Below are positions 24,534 through 37,809 of a stretch of DNA of 64,000 nt, one piece after another (within the stretch, counting starts at the first letter, position 1; every line of letters starts with the position of its first letter). Below the pieces are notes generated by a model, which did not search any database, was not told where the DNA came from, and saw only the letters and a program-made list of their open reading frames with translations. Source of the DNA: Mobula hypostoma (taxonomy: Eukaryota); contig NC_086122.1 of the NCBI RefSeq assembly GCF_963921235.1, positions 24,180,001 to 24,244,000 on the forward strand, read 5' to 3'. The position numbers were made by a program, and so were the translations under genes.

Positions 24534-25159
24534 TGCGAAACCTCCTGGTTTCCTTGGCTGCGTAAGTCTAGAGAGGACAACCTCCAGACCCGCCAAACTC
24601 GCGAGATTGGGGTGTGCTCAATTCCACCCCAAAACCTGGTGTGTGTGAATGTTGAGTAATTTACTACCCTGTTACAAATTAGTGTCACAAAATAACTTAT
24701 GAATCTTAACTTAACAGAAAGGTTAGTAAAGAATAACAAAAAGAAAAAGGCCCAGTCTAATTAAACAGTCAAATGTGCACAAGTTGGAGCTCATCTTAAA
24801 ATTCTCCGTCACTTGTGCACTGGGCCCTCGGTCAACATGAAAGCACACACCAACTTCCGAACGTCGCTCGTAATCCATCTCGAACAAACGGGTCTCCTTC
24901 CGAATCGTATGCTATGACCGGTTCTCTCCAGCATCTTCTCTCTCCAACTCCCGCTGAACACCAGCCCAAGACCAACCTTATAGTCCCTCACCTAGAAAAA
25001 CCTCCCACTACTCCCACTAATTGGATGGCACACATTCCACATCATCCCTCATCTTCAACAATAACCCAAACAGGATGAAAGCAGAACAAACAGCTCCTAC
25101 AGAGCTGCTAAATGAAATACTTACAGCATAACAGTAAAGATGCAAACCAGGGCATTACA
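24534..25159 (-). mobile_element. Probable solo LTR
   Basis: Minus strand begins TGTAATG and ends in CA; CCAAT then TATAAG about 40 bp apart; TSD not resolved, left boundary uncertain. Confidence 0.45.
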
Positions 25160-25384
25160 TATGTAAATAGGATTAGATCCATTTTACAATTTTCGTCAAC
25201 AAAAGAAATCACAAACTTTACTGAATGGAAGTTTGGTTTCCATCCATGGAGAAAGGTGCAGCTCCATTAAAAATGTGTAAGATAACAATACACCAGCAAT
25301 TGTTCTCTCTGCTCGTGATACTCAAAAATAAATTTATTTACGGGAACTACAATGGTGAATACATGTGATTCCTGTATTACAGGG

Positions 25385-25667
25385 TGTGTGGTCAAGTGGT
25401 TAGGGTGTTGGGCTCATGATCTGAAGGTTGTGGGTTCGAGTCTCGGCCAAGGCAACGTGTTGTGTCTTTGAGCAAGGCACTTAACCACACACTGCTCCAG
25501 TCCACCCAGCTGAAAATGGGTACCAGCAAATGCTGGGGGTTAACCTCGCGATAGACTGGCGTCCTATCCAGGGGGGAGTCTCATACTGTCAGTCGCCTCA
25601 CGCCACGGAAACCGGCATAAGCACCAACCTGATGGGCCACAAGGCTTGGGACAGACTTTAACTTTAA
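25385..25667 (+). mobile_element. tRNA-headed SINE family B (MetaSINE-like)
   Basis: A and B boxes; central aacctcgcgatagactggcgtcctatccaggggggag…gtcgcctcacgccacggaaaccgg; (actttta)-like tail; 13-bp TSD ctgtRttacaggg. Confidence 0.8.
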
Positions 25668-25774
25668 CTGTGTTACAGGGAGGTTGCATTTCTTGAAAGT
25701 CCGTATTGTACTTTTTTGTAATGTGAAGTCATGTGTCAAGAAATCAGAGTCGAAAAAAGAATTGTGTTAATTTA

Positions 25775-25985
25775 TTGGAGTGCAAATGTCACGTCACCCT
25801 TTAAGCAGGGAGGGGTGCAAAAGACAGGAGTTTATAGACCAGTTAGCTTGCCTTCAGTGTTACAGTCCGTTAAAAAGGATGTCGTTTTAGGGTACTTGGA
25901 GGCACATGATAAAATAGGCTATATGGTTTCCTCAAAGGAAAATCTTGCCTAACAAATCTTTGAGACAATAAAAGGCATGATAAGC
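25775..25985 (+). mobile_element. CR1 RT N-terminal fragment
   Basis: WSANVTSPFKQGG..KTGVYRPVSLPSV. Confidence 0.75.
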
Positions 25986-25994
25986 AAAGAGCAA

Positions 25995-27110
25995 AAGACA
26001 TGGGGGCAGAATTAGGCCAATTGGCCCATGAAGTCTGCACCACCCTTCCATCATGGCTGGTGTATTATTCCTCTCCCCATTCTCCTGCCCTCTTTCCTTC
26101 TAAGCTTTGACTCCCTTACTAATCAAGAACCTATCAAACTTTGCTTTAAATATTCCCAGTGACTTGGCCTTCACAGCTGTCTGTGGCAATGAATTCATAG
26201 ATTCAGCTCCTTCTGGCTAAATAAATTACCCCTCATTTCTGTCCTAAACAGATGTCCTTGTATTCTGAGGCTTTTCCCTCTGGGATCCTAGACTCCCCCA
26301 CAATTGAGAGTATCCTCTGCATGCCCACTCTATCTAGGTCTTTCAATATTCACTAGATTTCAATGAGATCCCTCTTCATTCTTCTAAAATCCAGTGAGTA
26401 CAGGCCCAGAACCATCAACTGCTTCTCTTATGTAAACCATTTCAAACCATAATCATACTTGTAAACCTCCTCTGGACCCTCTCCAGTGCAAAACCTTCGA
26501 TGAGGGGCCTAAAACTGATCGCAATAATCAAAATGCTGACTGACCTCTGCCTTATAAAGGCTCAACATTACACCCTTGCTTATATATGTTAGTCCTCTCG
26601 AAATGAATGCTACCATTGCATTTGCCTTCCTCACCACCGACTCAACCTACAAGTTAACCTTTATGGAATCCTGCACCAGGTTACTCAATTCCCCTTGCAC
26701 CTTCACAGTCTGAATTTGCTGTCCGTTTAGAACATGGTCTACCAAGGTGCAAGACCATATACTTCCCTGCACTTTATTCCATCTGACACTTCTTTTAATC
26801 TGTCCAAGACCTTCTGCAGACTCCCTGCTTCCTAAACACTGCCTGACCCTTCACCTATCCTAGTATTGTCCACAGCCTTGGCCACAAAGTCATCAATTCC
26901 ATCATCCAAATCATTGACATATAACGTTAGATGAATCAGTCCCAAAACCAAACCCGTGGAACGCCATTAGTCAGTGGGAGCCAATCGGAGATGTTCCCCT
27001 TTATTCCTACTCCTTGCCTCCTGCCAGTCAGCCAAACTCTGGTTTTTACTAGAATCTTTCCTCTTATACCATCGGCTTGTATCTTGTTTAGCAGCCTCAT
27101 GTGCAGATCC
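25995..27110 (-). mobile_element. CR1 LINE 3' ~1.1 kb
   Basis: 3' tail near 26000-26060; minus-strand RT remnants (vtngvprg, yvndlddgid). Confidence 0.85.
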
Positions 27111-27112
27111 TT

Positions 27113-27595
27113 GAGGGAATGTTTTCAATAGTGGGAGGGTTTAGGAGCCGAGGGGGCAGTCTCAGAATACAAGGACGTCCCTTTAGAACAGAGGTGAGGC
27201 AAAATTCCTTCATGCAGAGGGTGGTGAATCTGTAGAGTTCGTTACCACAGACGGTTGAGGAAACCAAGTCACTGGGTATATTTAAAGCAGAGTTTGATAG
27301 GTTTTTGATTAGTAAAGGCATCAAAGCTCGAGGGGAGAAGGTGGGAGAGGGGGGTTGAGAGGGAGAATAAATCAGCCATGATGGAATGACAGAACAGACA
27401 TGATGGAATGACAAAGCAGAGCTGATGAAATGACAGAGCAGACATGATGGAATGACAGAGCAGACATGATGGAATGACAGAGGAGACATGATGGAATGAC
27501 AAAGCAGAGCTGATGAAATGACAGGGCAGACATGATGGAATGACAGAGCAGAGCCGATGGGCCAAATGACCTAATTCTTCTCCTGTGTCTTACTT
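27113..27595 (+). mobile_element. CR1 LINE 3' end
   Basis: agagggtggtgaatctg…tatatttaaagcagagtttgataggtt…gatgggccaaatgacctaattct. Confidence 0.85.
27377..27552 (+). repeat. 22-bp minisatellite x8 inside the CR1 3' UTR
   Basis: Unit catgatggaatgacagagcaga, with higher-order 88-bp periodicity. Confidence 0.95.
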
Positions 27596-28157
27596 TTTAT
27601 GCATTTATTCAGTGAAAGTGCATTATATTCTGTATCTTAGATTTCTGGGTCGTGATTTATGAATTCTTTGAAAGAAAAATTCTATCACCCAAATGGATAT
27701 AATGTGGGAGTCACCTGTAACACTGTTTATATTACATTTATTATGAGAAATGATATTAATTTGAGCAAATAGTTCTCATTATTCCGTGATAATCTATGGC
27801 CTGGTAAATTGAAACAACTGCCTCTATGACTTAGTTTTCTCAGAGGATATTTCTGCAAATTAACAAGTTAAGGTCTAAATCAGGAGTAGCAGTAGTCTTA
27901 ATGAGCAGGATAGGGTTTCATATTGCTCTGTGCTTTCTAATGACAAGTAGAGGGTACCTGCTGAACTCCAATGCAAGACAGGATTGAGAATGAGAGAAGC
28001 ATGGCTGATAGGATGGAAGCTGGAGAATTTTGAGGAAATTAGGGTGGAACCAAAGAGTTTTGGTTAGAAAAAGGTGTAGCATAATAAAGAAGTCAGACAT
28101 CTCTTCGAGTTCAGAGAGTGTTAGTTAAGAGTCTGCAAGAGCAGAAGATTTTAGATG

Positions 28158-28510
28158 TTTGTTCGTTATGTGCCATGTTTTATGACATAGGCAATCATGG
28201 TTTTTCCATGACTGTTCCTGGCAATTTTTTCCACAGAAGTGGTTTGCCATTGTCTTCTTCTGGGCAGTGTCTTTACAAGATGGGTGACCTCCAGCCATTA
28301 CCAATACTCTTCAGAGATTGCCTGCCTAGCGTCAGTGATCACACGACCAGTATTTGTGATATGCATCAGCTGCACATACAGTTTCATGTGATCCTGATCG
28401 GAGGGCTAAGCAGGTGCTACTCCTTGCACAAGGGTGACCTGCAGGCTAGCAGAGGGAAGGAGCGCCTTACACCCCCTTTGGTAGAGACGTATCTCCATTC
28501 TGCCACCCTA
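28158..28510 (-). mobile_element. Short retroposon with RTE/BovB-type tail (family C)
   Basis: Minus strand agaagacaatggcaaaccacttctg; related copies at 29119 (+) and 30725 (-). Confidence 0.75.
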
Positions 28511-29118
28511 GTTGTAAGAGTCTATTAATTGTTGAAAGTGACAGGGAATTTTGACTGACTGTTAAAGTATATGGATCCCAAGATTCATGAAAGGAAACAG
28601 TGAATACCAAAATATAGGGTAGGTCACAACTGGAATGTCGCACCCAATTCTGAACTTTAGGAAAGATATCAAAGATATGAAAATGGAGACTTAAGATTTT
28701 ACACAAAGAACACATCGAGGCATGAGGATAAACCTCATAATCCAGAGAGTATAGAGGGATGGAAAATGAATCCGTCAGGGCTTTCAAAAAGGAAATTGAT
28801 AAGCATTCTACTGAGGTCAATAGGGTGAAAGAGTAGTTAATTTGGACTGACAGGATTGCTAGATAATGAGCCAGTATAGATTTGATGGGCAGGATGGTCT
28901 CTGTTGGTGCCATAATAACTATGATTTTTGATAGATTACACTAACACCAAAAAAAAGAGCAAATTATTTATATAACACCATTGATAAATGAAGAACCAAA
29001 GGGACCATGAGATCTAACAAAAAGAATGTGGAAGTACTTAGATGCCATAAGAGGAGACTTTGAGTGGTGGGGTAGAAATACATCTTTAGCAAAGGAGGTG
29101 TAAGCTGCTCTAATGATC

Positions 29119-29404
29119 GCTAGTCTGCAGATCATCCTTGGGCAAGGTGTAGCAATCAGGGTCACCCTTGGGCAAGGTGTAGTACTTGATTAGCCCCTGC
29201 GATCAGGGTCATGTGAAGCCGCGGGACCACTGACGCCAGGCAGGTCATCTCTGAAGAGTATTGATAGTGGCCGGGGTCACCCGCCTTGTAAAGACAATGC
29301 CCAAAAGAAGGCAATGGCAAGCCACTTTGGTTAAAAAAATCTGCCAAGAGCATGGTCACAGAAAGACCATGATCACCAATGTCATAGGTCACGGCACATG
29401 ACAA
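29119..29404 (+). mobile_element. Family C retroposon, 5'-truncated, with a ~31-bp tandem duplication
   Basis: cccttgggcaaggtgtag-like motif occurs twice; gaaggcaatggcaagccact tail motif. Confidence 0.72.
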
Positions 29405-29488
29405 ACCAGTGAAGAGAGGACCAAAGGTAAAACAGGATATGTAAGGAGTTCTAAAAAAGTCAGTAGGCAAATAGAAATTTTAAAAGTC

Positions 29489-29920
29489 CATAAGACCATA
29501 AGACAAAGGAGCAGAAGTCGGCCATTCGGCCCATCGAGTCTGCTTCGCCATTTTATCATGAGTTGATCCATTCTCCCATTTAGTCCCACTCCCCCGCCTT
29601 TTCACCATAACCTTTGATGCCCTGGCTACTCAGATACCTATCAATCTCTGCCTTAAATATATCCAATGGCTTGGCCTCCACTGCCCCATGGCAACAAATT
29701 CCATAGATTCACCACCCTCTGACTAAAAAAATTTCTTCGCATTTCTGTTCTGAATGGGCACCCTTCAATCCTTAGGTCATGCCCTCTCGTACTAGACTCC
29801 CCCATCATGGGAAACAACGTTGCCACATCCACTCTGTCCATGCCTTTCAACATTCGAAATGTTTCTATGAGGTCTCCCCTCATTCTTCTAAACTCCAAGG
29901 AATACAGTCCAAGAGCGGAC
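29489..29920 (-). mobile_element. Young CR1 LINE 3' end
   Basis: LGLYSLEFRRMRGDLIETFRMLKGMDRVD…FFSQRVVNLWN; (tcttatgg)n tail. Confidence 0.92.
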
Positions 29921-30724
29921 AAAAGTCAGACTATGGAAGAATGTGCAAAGAAATGATAAAGTATTCAATTAAAACTAAAATAACAATGTGAAAATTTAAG
30001 TAGGGATAAGACCACTAAAGGGTAAGCAAGATAAACTCACAGGTAATAACAGTGAAATGACAGTATTGAACAATTAGAACATAGACACGGTTTTTAGTAA
30101 AGAAGATAACAAAATAGACACATCAATCCAAGAGTTTAATATTAAAAGGAATATTAATATTGTTGCGAAAGAAGTGGAGAAAAGAATTGGCAAACTTACA
30201 AGGCTGAAAGAGAGCAAAGCTCCAGGTCCCGTTTGTGCGCGATGTTATAGGCCCTAGACAGTTGGTGGAGAGATTGCAAAATCATAAATTCGTCCCCATA
30301 AAGAGGAAACAGTACCAAAAGTGGTGAACTGCTCATATTTCTATAATTAAAGGAGTATTAAAGCAAAACCCAGCAAAAAAAATAGAGCAGATACCCTAAC
30401 ATTAACGATGTCAGTGAAATGAATACTGTATAGGAATCAATAGTAAAATGATAAAAATGCACTTACTGGCAAAAAGTAAAATCCAGAGTTCAGTTTCTGA
30501 ATTATCATGCTTAACTAGTCCAGTAGAATTCTTTGTAGAGGAAGTGCAGAGAGGGTTAAACTAGCGTGCACAGGGTTATAGGCAGGTACATGTTATTCGA
30601 TCCTCCTGAGCCACTGAATGTATATTGATCTTTAAACGGTCTTCAATACCAGACAATAAACTGATAACAAAGGTCAGAGCATGTGGAGATGAGGGTAACT
30701 AACCAGGTGGATTATAAACTGTAC

Positions 30725-31083
30725 TCGTCGTCATCACTATGTGCCGTGTGATATAGCGTAGGTGATCATGGTCTTTTGGCCATGATAGTTCTTGGCAATT
30801 TTTTCTACAGAAGTGGTTTGCCATTGCCTACTTCTGATCAGTGTCTTTACAAGAGGGGTGACCCCAGCCATTATCAATACTCTTCAGAGATTTTCTGCCT
30901 GGCGTCAGTGGTTGCTTAACCAGTACTTGAGATATGCACCAGCTGCTCGTACGACCATTCACCACCTGACCCTGATCAAGGGGCTAAGCAGGTGCTACAC
31001 CTTTCCTAAGGGTCACCTGCAGGTTGGTGGCGTGAAGGAGCACCTTACACCTCCTTTGGCAGAGACAGATCTCCACCCCGCCA
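30725..31083 (-). mobile_element. Family C retroposon inside an old CR1 remnant (~30050-31200)
   Basis: Colinear with 28158-28510. Confidence 0.72.
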
Positions 31084-31463
31084 GGATGGATTACATATTA
31101 GGTCATCAATAGAAAACAGAGAGAATAGGGGTAAGGAGCAGGTTTGCAGATTATTGGAAAGCAGAAGCGGTGTTTCACTTGGATCACTGCTGGAACCAAT
31201 GAGCCAGATTCTGCTGACAGCTGCTAGGTGGGTCCATAAGGTGACCACAATCAGCAGGTTCCAGACTTTGGGCATGACAGCACGGAAGTATGACAGCTAC
31301 TGGAAGTTTGTTAGGCAGTGGCCCACCTGACCTCCCACTGCACCCAATATTCAGCATCAAATCCAGGGGCAGTCCCTAACTTTACTTAGTTTAGAGTCTG
31401 GATACGTTTTCCCTCTGGACCCTCAGCCTCACATTGGCCATCGTAGGTGTAGATGGTCTTTTA

Positions 31464-32562
31464 CAGCACTGTGCAAAAGTCTTCGGCATATTTATATACT
31501 AGGGTGCCTAAGACTTTTGCACAGTACTGCATTTGTCAACGTGGAGCAGGCAGCGTGTTTGTAAATCCGGCGGGAGCAAAGGGTATTGGGAAACATAGAA
31601 ACATAGTAAATAGGTGCAGGAGTAGTCCATTCGGCCCTTTGAGCCTGCACCGCCATTCAGTATGATCACGGCTGATCATCCAACTCAGAGCCCTGTACCA
31701 GCCTTCCCCCCCATACCCCCAATCCCTTTAGCCACAAGGGCCATATCTAACTCCCTCTTAAATATAGCCAATGAACTGCCCTCAACTGTTTCCTGTGGCA
31801 GAGAATTCCACAGATTCACCACTCTCTGTGTGAAGAAGTTTTTCCTCATCTCGGTCCTAAAAGGCTTCCCCTCTATCCTCAAACTGTGACCCCTCGTTCT
31901 GGACTTCCCCAACATCGGGAACAATCTTCCTGCATCTAGCCTGTCCAATCTCTTTAGGATTTTATACGTTTCAATAAGATCCCCCCCCAATCTTCTAAAT
32001 TCCAACGAGTATAAGCCTAGTCGATCCAGTCTCTCGTCATATGAAAGTCCTGTCATCCCAGGAATCAATCTGGTGAACCTTCTTTGTACTCCCTCTATGG
32101 CAAGGATGTCTTTCCTCAGATTAGGGGACCAAAACTGCACACAATACTCCAGGTGTGGTCTCACCAAGGCCTGGTACAGAAAGGTGAGGGTGGACAGATG
32201 GCAGAGAAGGAGTGCCAGGAACAGGGGGTGGCATGGGTGCATAACTAGTCCTGAGACAACGGGCAAGGTAATTTGATTCCAAACAATTGGTTTATTGATC
32301 ATTACCGAATGCATCTCTGGTGCTTCCTGCTCCCTCCCCTCTCCCCCTTCACCCAACAATGATTCCCTTTTCTCTTTCCCCTTCACACTCTCAGTCCACA
32401 GTAGAGACCCATATCAGAATCAGGTTTATCATCATCCACATGTTATGAAATATGTTTTTTTGCAGCAGCAGTACAGTGCAATACATAAAATTACTACAGT
32501 ACTGTGCAAAAGTCTTAGGCAGCCTGGCTATATATATGTGCTAAGACTTTTGCACAGTACTG
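31464..32562. mobile_element. Composite Tc1/mariner MITE: two palindromic 66-bp mini-MITEs flanking cargo
   Basis: cagtactgtgcaaaagtcttaggca palindromes at 31464-31529 and 32497-32562; TA flanks; same cargo as 52385-52913. Confidence 0.88.
31591..32178 (-). mobile_element. Young CR1 3' fragment inserted in the composite MITE
   Basis: Open frame YQALVRPHLEYCVQFWSP…FFTQRVVNLWNSLP; absent from the second MITE copy. Confidence 0.93.
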
Positions 32563-32649
32563 TATAATTCCAATAATATTGTTTTCATTAACTTATACAA
32601 GTTGTATGTTTTTAAGTATTTTTTAATTATGTAAATTTATTTCATCTAA

Positions 32650-33122
32650 ATCCAGATCAGAAGTGAGAGTTGATTTTGCTCACTCTCCGTGATCTTCGGT
32701 CCTCTTTCCAGGGTGCCGGATCCTTTCGCTCTTCCTTCGTTTGGTCAATTTGAACGCCGGCCAGGTGGACGAGAGCCGACTTTGCTCTTTTTCAGTGATG
32801 GTCATCTCCATGGCGCTGAGGCTAGGAAGACTGCTGCTCCGTGCCCACTAATGTGATGAACTGATAACCGAGGCTTTGGGCCTACATCAGGCTGCTCTAG
32901 GGTTTGGATCTGAGGACTCAATTTGGTGCAGAATGATGTTGTTCACTTCAGTTGTTTGGATGACTTGTAGTTTTTTCTTTCTCTTGTGCATCAACTGTTG
33001 GTCTTTTATTTTTTTTAAATTGGGCTCTCTTGGGTTCCTTGCTTTGTGGCTACTGTTGAACAAACAAGTCTCAAGGTTGCATAATTTATACATTATTTGA
33101 TAATAAATATACTTGAATCTTC
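32650..33122 (+). mobile_element. Non-coding retroposon with a Rex-type tail
   Basis: Tail ctcaaggttgcataatttatacatt.tttgataataaat..acttgaatct; reverse copy at 62320-62510. Confidence 0.5.
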
Positions 33123-34072
33123 TATGTTTGTATGTCCCTCTGATGATCAGGCACGGTTAGAGAGAAAGAGTGGTAAAGACTTTTGACAGCAGGAGCTGTC
33201 AAAAGGCCTTCAGCACGATCGAGGTTGTGGGCATGTCTGATTGACGGTGCCAAGAGCAAGCAATGGGCAATGTCCTGCTCACCAGTTAGCTCATGTCAGA
33301 TTACTGCACTGCAGAGGTCAGACACGATCAGGGAATCCACCTCCCAGTGCACGCTGCGTTCAAGTTATAGCCATGTGCCTCAGAGATATCTGTTACAAAT
33401 GAGTGCAGGGCCGCCTTATTGTTTGTCCCTGAGAATGGTGCCAATTCAAACATTAAAGTATTTATGGAATGAGACAATCTGACAGCACATTAAACCCATT
33501 CTATTTTCCACCAATCAACACTGAGGATACTGTCACATGGAGATGTCCAAACATACTGAGCACTTTGCATCCAAAGCTTCAGTTTTATTGAGAATTTTCA
33601 GTCAGTATTTAGACTACTTAAACCTATTTAATCTCTTTTTGAGTATCAATGATATTTAAAAACAATTGAATTGGAATTGGTTTAACAGGGAAAAGCCATC
33701 AAGGTGGGTCAGAGGTCAGGATCTGCTGCCTGGTCCACTTTGTATTACCCTGATCGTCATGGCAGCCAGACCTTGAGGATGGCTGAGACCAGCAAGGTGC
33801 AAAAGCGAGTGAATAGTGTGAGCATGGGTGAGGTGGGAGTGCAGTGGTTGGTGCAGGTCAATGCATGGGATTGAGAGCAGTTCAGTCCATTGATAATATA
33901 ATTAATGAAGGATTTACACTATTCATTTGCAGACTTATTCTCCAGCCTTGCCAGCTGACAGAGATATGATTAACAATGCGCATAGTTAGAATGAGTATTG
34001 TTTTCAAACCAGACCAGATCTGATGATTGAACAATAATAGTAGTTGCAGTCTGCCTAAGCAAAGGCAGAGAA

Positions 34073-34752
34073 TTAATTAATTGATTAATTAATTTTATTC
34101 CTTACATCCAAGGGAGTAAAAAATCTTTATGTTGCGTCTCCATCGCAATGAAGAGGGGAATGCGGGAGGATATTGTCCAAACACTACGATTGTATACATA
34201 ATTGTTTTGTATATATGTATGCAGAGTCAGATTCACAATCAGATCAATGTACAGTCAGATATGCAATGTGTATTAATAAATCTGATGGCCTGGTGAAAGA
34301 AGCTGTCCTGGAGCCTGTTGGTTCTGGTCCTAATGCTGCGGTATCATTTGCCGGACGGTAGGAGCTGAAACAGTTTGTGGTTGTGGTGACTGGAGTCCCT
34401 GATGATCCTCTGGGCCCTTTTTACACACCTGCTGCTGTAAATGTCCTGAACAGAGGAAAGTTCACATCTGCAGATGCACTGGGCTGCTCACGCCACCCTC
34501 TGCAGTGCCCTGCGATTGTGGGTAGTATAGTTCTCGCACCAGGCCATGACAACAGCCAGTCAGGATGCTCTCGGTGGTGGCCCTGTAGAAAGTCCTCAGG
34601 ACTTGGGGACTCGTGCTGAACTTCCTCGGCCGTCTGAGGTGAAAGAGGCGCTGTTGTGCTTTTTACACCAAACAGCCAGTATGTACAGTCCAGGTGAGAT
34701 CTTTGGTGATATGTATACTGAGGAAATTGAAACTACTCATCCTCTCAACTAC
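34073..34752 (-). mobile_element. Rex1/Babar LINE 3' fragment
   Basis: Minus-strand QQRLFHLRR…SFFTRPSDL-like frame; (aatt)n tail. Confidence 0.75.
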
Positions 34753-34927
34753 AGTTTGTATCTCATATACTTATATCAGAATGTATTATTTTAACCATTA
34801 AACTGGATTCATTAACTAGGAGACATACGGTATATGAATTGTACTGTTGGTGCAGATTAATGCTTGAATTTAACTTTATCTCTTATAACAAAGCCCATAT
34901 AAACCGGATTGATGATGACATCAGTTA

Positions 34928-36156
34928 TGTTTTGTAATGTCAAAAGACTAAACTAAAACACAAAACAATCAGACCATAGTTGGAGCGGCTTCAGAGCTGT
35001 GTGTCAGACATGGCTATAAGCAGCACTGGGGCCCCACAGGGGACTGTATTGGCTCCTTTCCTGTTTTCCCTGTCTACCTCAGACTTCAGATACAACACTG
35101 AGTCATGTCATCTGCAGAAATTCTCTGATGACTCAGCAATAGTTGGGTGTACAAAGGGAGGACGGGAGGATGAATACAGGACCCTGGTGGAGGACTTTGT
35201 CAAATGATGCAAACTGAATCATCTGCAGCTCAGCATCAGTAACACAAAGAAGATGGTGATGGACTTTGGGAAGTCTATGCGCTGCTCCCTGTTACTATTG
35301 GTGGTGAGGACATGGATATAGTGAGGACCTACAAATACCTGGGGCTGCACCTGGATGACAGACTTGAGTGGATCACCTACACAGCTTGTGTACAAGAAGG
35401 GCCAGACTCACCTACTTCCTGAGGAGACTGAGGAAGTATACAGGCCTCTCCTTCACATGTCCTACCAGTCTGTTGTCACCAGTACAATCTTCTTTGTGGT
35501 GGTGTGCTGGGGCAATGGCATCAACATGGGTGATGCCAACAGGCTCAATAAACTGATTAAAAAGGCTTGCTCTGTTATAGGAATCAAAAGGACTCGCTGG
35601 AGGCTGTGGTAGAACAAAGGACTCTACGGAAAATCCTAGCAATTTTGGACAATGTTTCTCACCCTCTGCATATCACCTTGGCTGAACAGAGGAGCACTTT
35701 TAGTCACAGACTAAGACAACTGCACTGCTCCGAAGAGCACTAAATGAGATCATTCTTACCCTCAGCCATTAGGCTCTATAATGCGTCAACCTATAACCAG
35801 GAAAGTGATGACCCACCTCCTCCCGTTAGACTGTTTGAGGTAACTTATTTTTTATTCTTTCTTATTTCTCTCCTAATATTTCTATATTTGTATATCAGTG
35901 CAATTGTAATGCTACTGTGACACCGCAATTTCCTTCGGGATCAATAAAGTACCTATCTACCTATCTAATTCAAAGGCAGACAGGGGAGTCCGAAGTGGGG
36001 GTGTAACCTTGCCTTTACGCGAGATGCGCACGTGTCACATGGTAGCAGATACAATTAATGTATTTTTACATATAATCATAAACGAACAAGCATGCTTAAT
36101 CAACCAGTATATATACAAGATTGCTCAAATATTATTGAAATATCAAAAACCCAACA
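34928..36156 (-). mobile_element. Possible short solo LTR split by the Rex1 insertion
   Basis: Ends tgttttg (34928) and cccaaca (36156); AT-rich body 35970-36156; TSD not matched. Confidence 0.3.
34970..35967 (+). mobile_element. Rex1/Babar LINE RT fragment to 3' end
   Basis: SSTGAPQGTVLAPFLFSLSTSDFRYNTESCHLQKFSDDSAIVG; YQSVVTSTIFFVVVCWG; tail ggatcaataaagtacctatct. Confidence 0.92.
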
Positions 36157-37115
36157 CTCTCAGTGGCAAATATCATTTCTCTTAATTGTCCATGTTGTTG
36201 AAATTATAGAAAAAGACAAAAATCAAACAGGTCATGTGGTGTAAAAGATGCTATGTTTTTTGCCTCTTACTTATTTCATCCTGCATTTGATTCATCATGA
36301 CCAACTGGATGAATGTTCTTTCCACAACTATGCCATCAGTCCACCGTGGCTGCTCTTTCTTCATTACTTTCCTATTCTGCACTTGCCACTTTGTACCCTT
36401 CCATGCCAGTCCGACCAGGCGTATGAATTTATATTAAAAAACCAAGTCACCAGCAGGAGCCGCATCTTGATTAAGTGACCGTTCCAGACAGTCTGTGATG
36501 ATCAGATATGAAGAAATGTTACCACCAAAAGACTATTTTCTTTCTAGCTCAAGTAACATTTTAAACACTGAATATGTCAAATCGCAGTGTATCTAAATTC
36601 TTACGGAGAAGACTTTCTTGTGCATGGGAACAGAGCTGCTGAGTGAGGTTCATCTAATATTCAGTCTTGTCCTAAACCCAAATAAGAGCGTGTAGTCTTG
36701 TCAAGGGATGTGCTATAAGTAAAGATTTAGTTTCCCAGATGGGTCACTCCTCATGTATGGTGTGTCTGTTAGTATGTGTACATTCATGTATTGTGTATAT
36801 GCATCTACCATGTACTTGCCATGTAGTTCAACTACCATTCAACCACACACGAACACAGCCCTTGTTCCTCCGGGTCAAAGGTGCAAATTATACACAGCAC
36901 GAGGCACATACAGCACATTCAAGGTAGCAAGCAAACATACAGTCATGCAAAATATATATATATAAAACCCCAACTCCCTGGGTGACGTGTCGCAAATTGA
37001 CGGTGCGGTTTCTGGCAGCCCGCAGACAAACGCGCACACACATGTAATCCAGCTTGTCATGTGTGTGCGTGTGTACACATATATGTGTGTATGCATGCTT
37101 TTGTGTGTATGCATG

Positions 37116-37120
<5 letters not shown>

Positions 37121-37164
<44 letters not shown>
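37121..37164. repeat. (GT)22 microsatellite
   Basis: Direct reading; preceded by two copies of tgtgtgtatgcatgcttt. Confidence 0.97.
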
Positions 37165-37167
<3 letters not shown>

Positions 37168-37809
37168 TGTTACAGAAGATAAATTAGAAAGGTGCTCTCC
37201 CTCATTTTAAACCTCCCTCCCAGCCTTCACTCGCACTGACCCACGCTGATGGATAGAAGCATATGTGCTCGAATGATCGCGTCTGTCTCATCCTGTTACA
37301 GTGTGTCACTTTGGACAGCTTAGATGAAATGTTCTGAGGTGAGGTGCATTCTGACTCCTGATGTCTAGAATATATCATGTACATTGAAGTTATCGCACAC
37401 TTTTTCTGCAAGGCATGCTGCTGCTTGTACTTGTCAGCTTAGTTTGACAGAAGCACTGTTCAAAGACTGATGAAGCACTCCCAGTGTGCTTGCAACCAGA
37501 AACTTAACAAGACTTGGCTTCCAGTGCTAACAGACATGACTATATATTTATGTACGGCAATATAAACTGGAATACTTCTGAACAAAGATCTTAAGTGTAG
37601 CTCAAAAGTTATGAAATTTTCAAAGAAAAAGATGAAATTAAAAATCTTTAATGTGCTGCCTTTTTGTACTTTGTCCAGTGACCTATAAATACCGTTTGTA
37701 AATCACTTGCCCATGGCAACGCGGCAGAGTTTTGAAAGATGCATATGTTGCATAGTTTGCAGGAGTCTATTAGCTAGAATAGATCTTATTTTTCTTTGCT
37801 CAATTGTAA

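Noticed and set aside
25385-25455. Functional tRNA genes (also 18675, 20510-20581, 43250-43323, 54340)
   Set aside because: A/B boxes are followed by SINE bodies, tails and TSDs, and the cloverleafs are incomplete
25775-27595. Single twin-primed (5'-inverted) CR1 insertion
   Set aside because: Two separate 3' tails are present, so a minus-strand copy within or between plus-strand fragments is simpler
31685-32386. Novel 233-aa protein
   Set aside because: Chance read-through from MITE cargo into a CR1 ORF2 fragment
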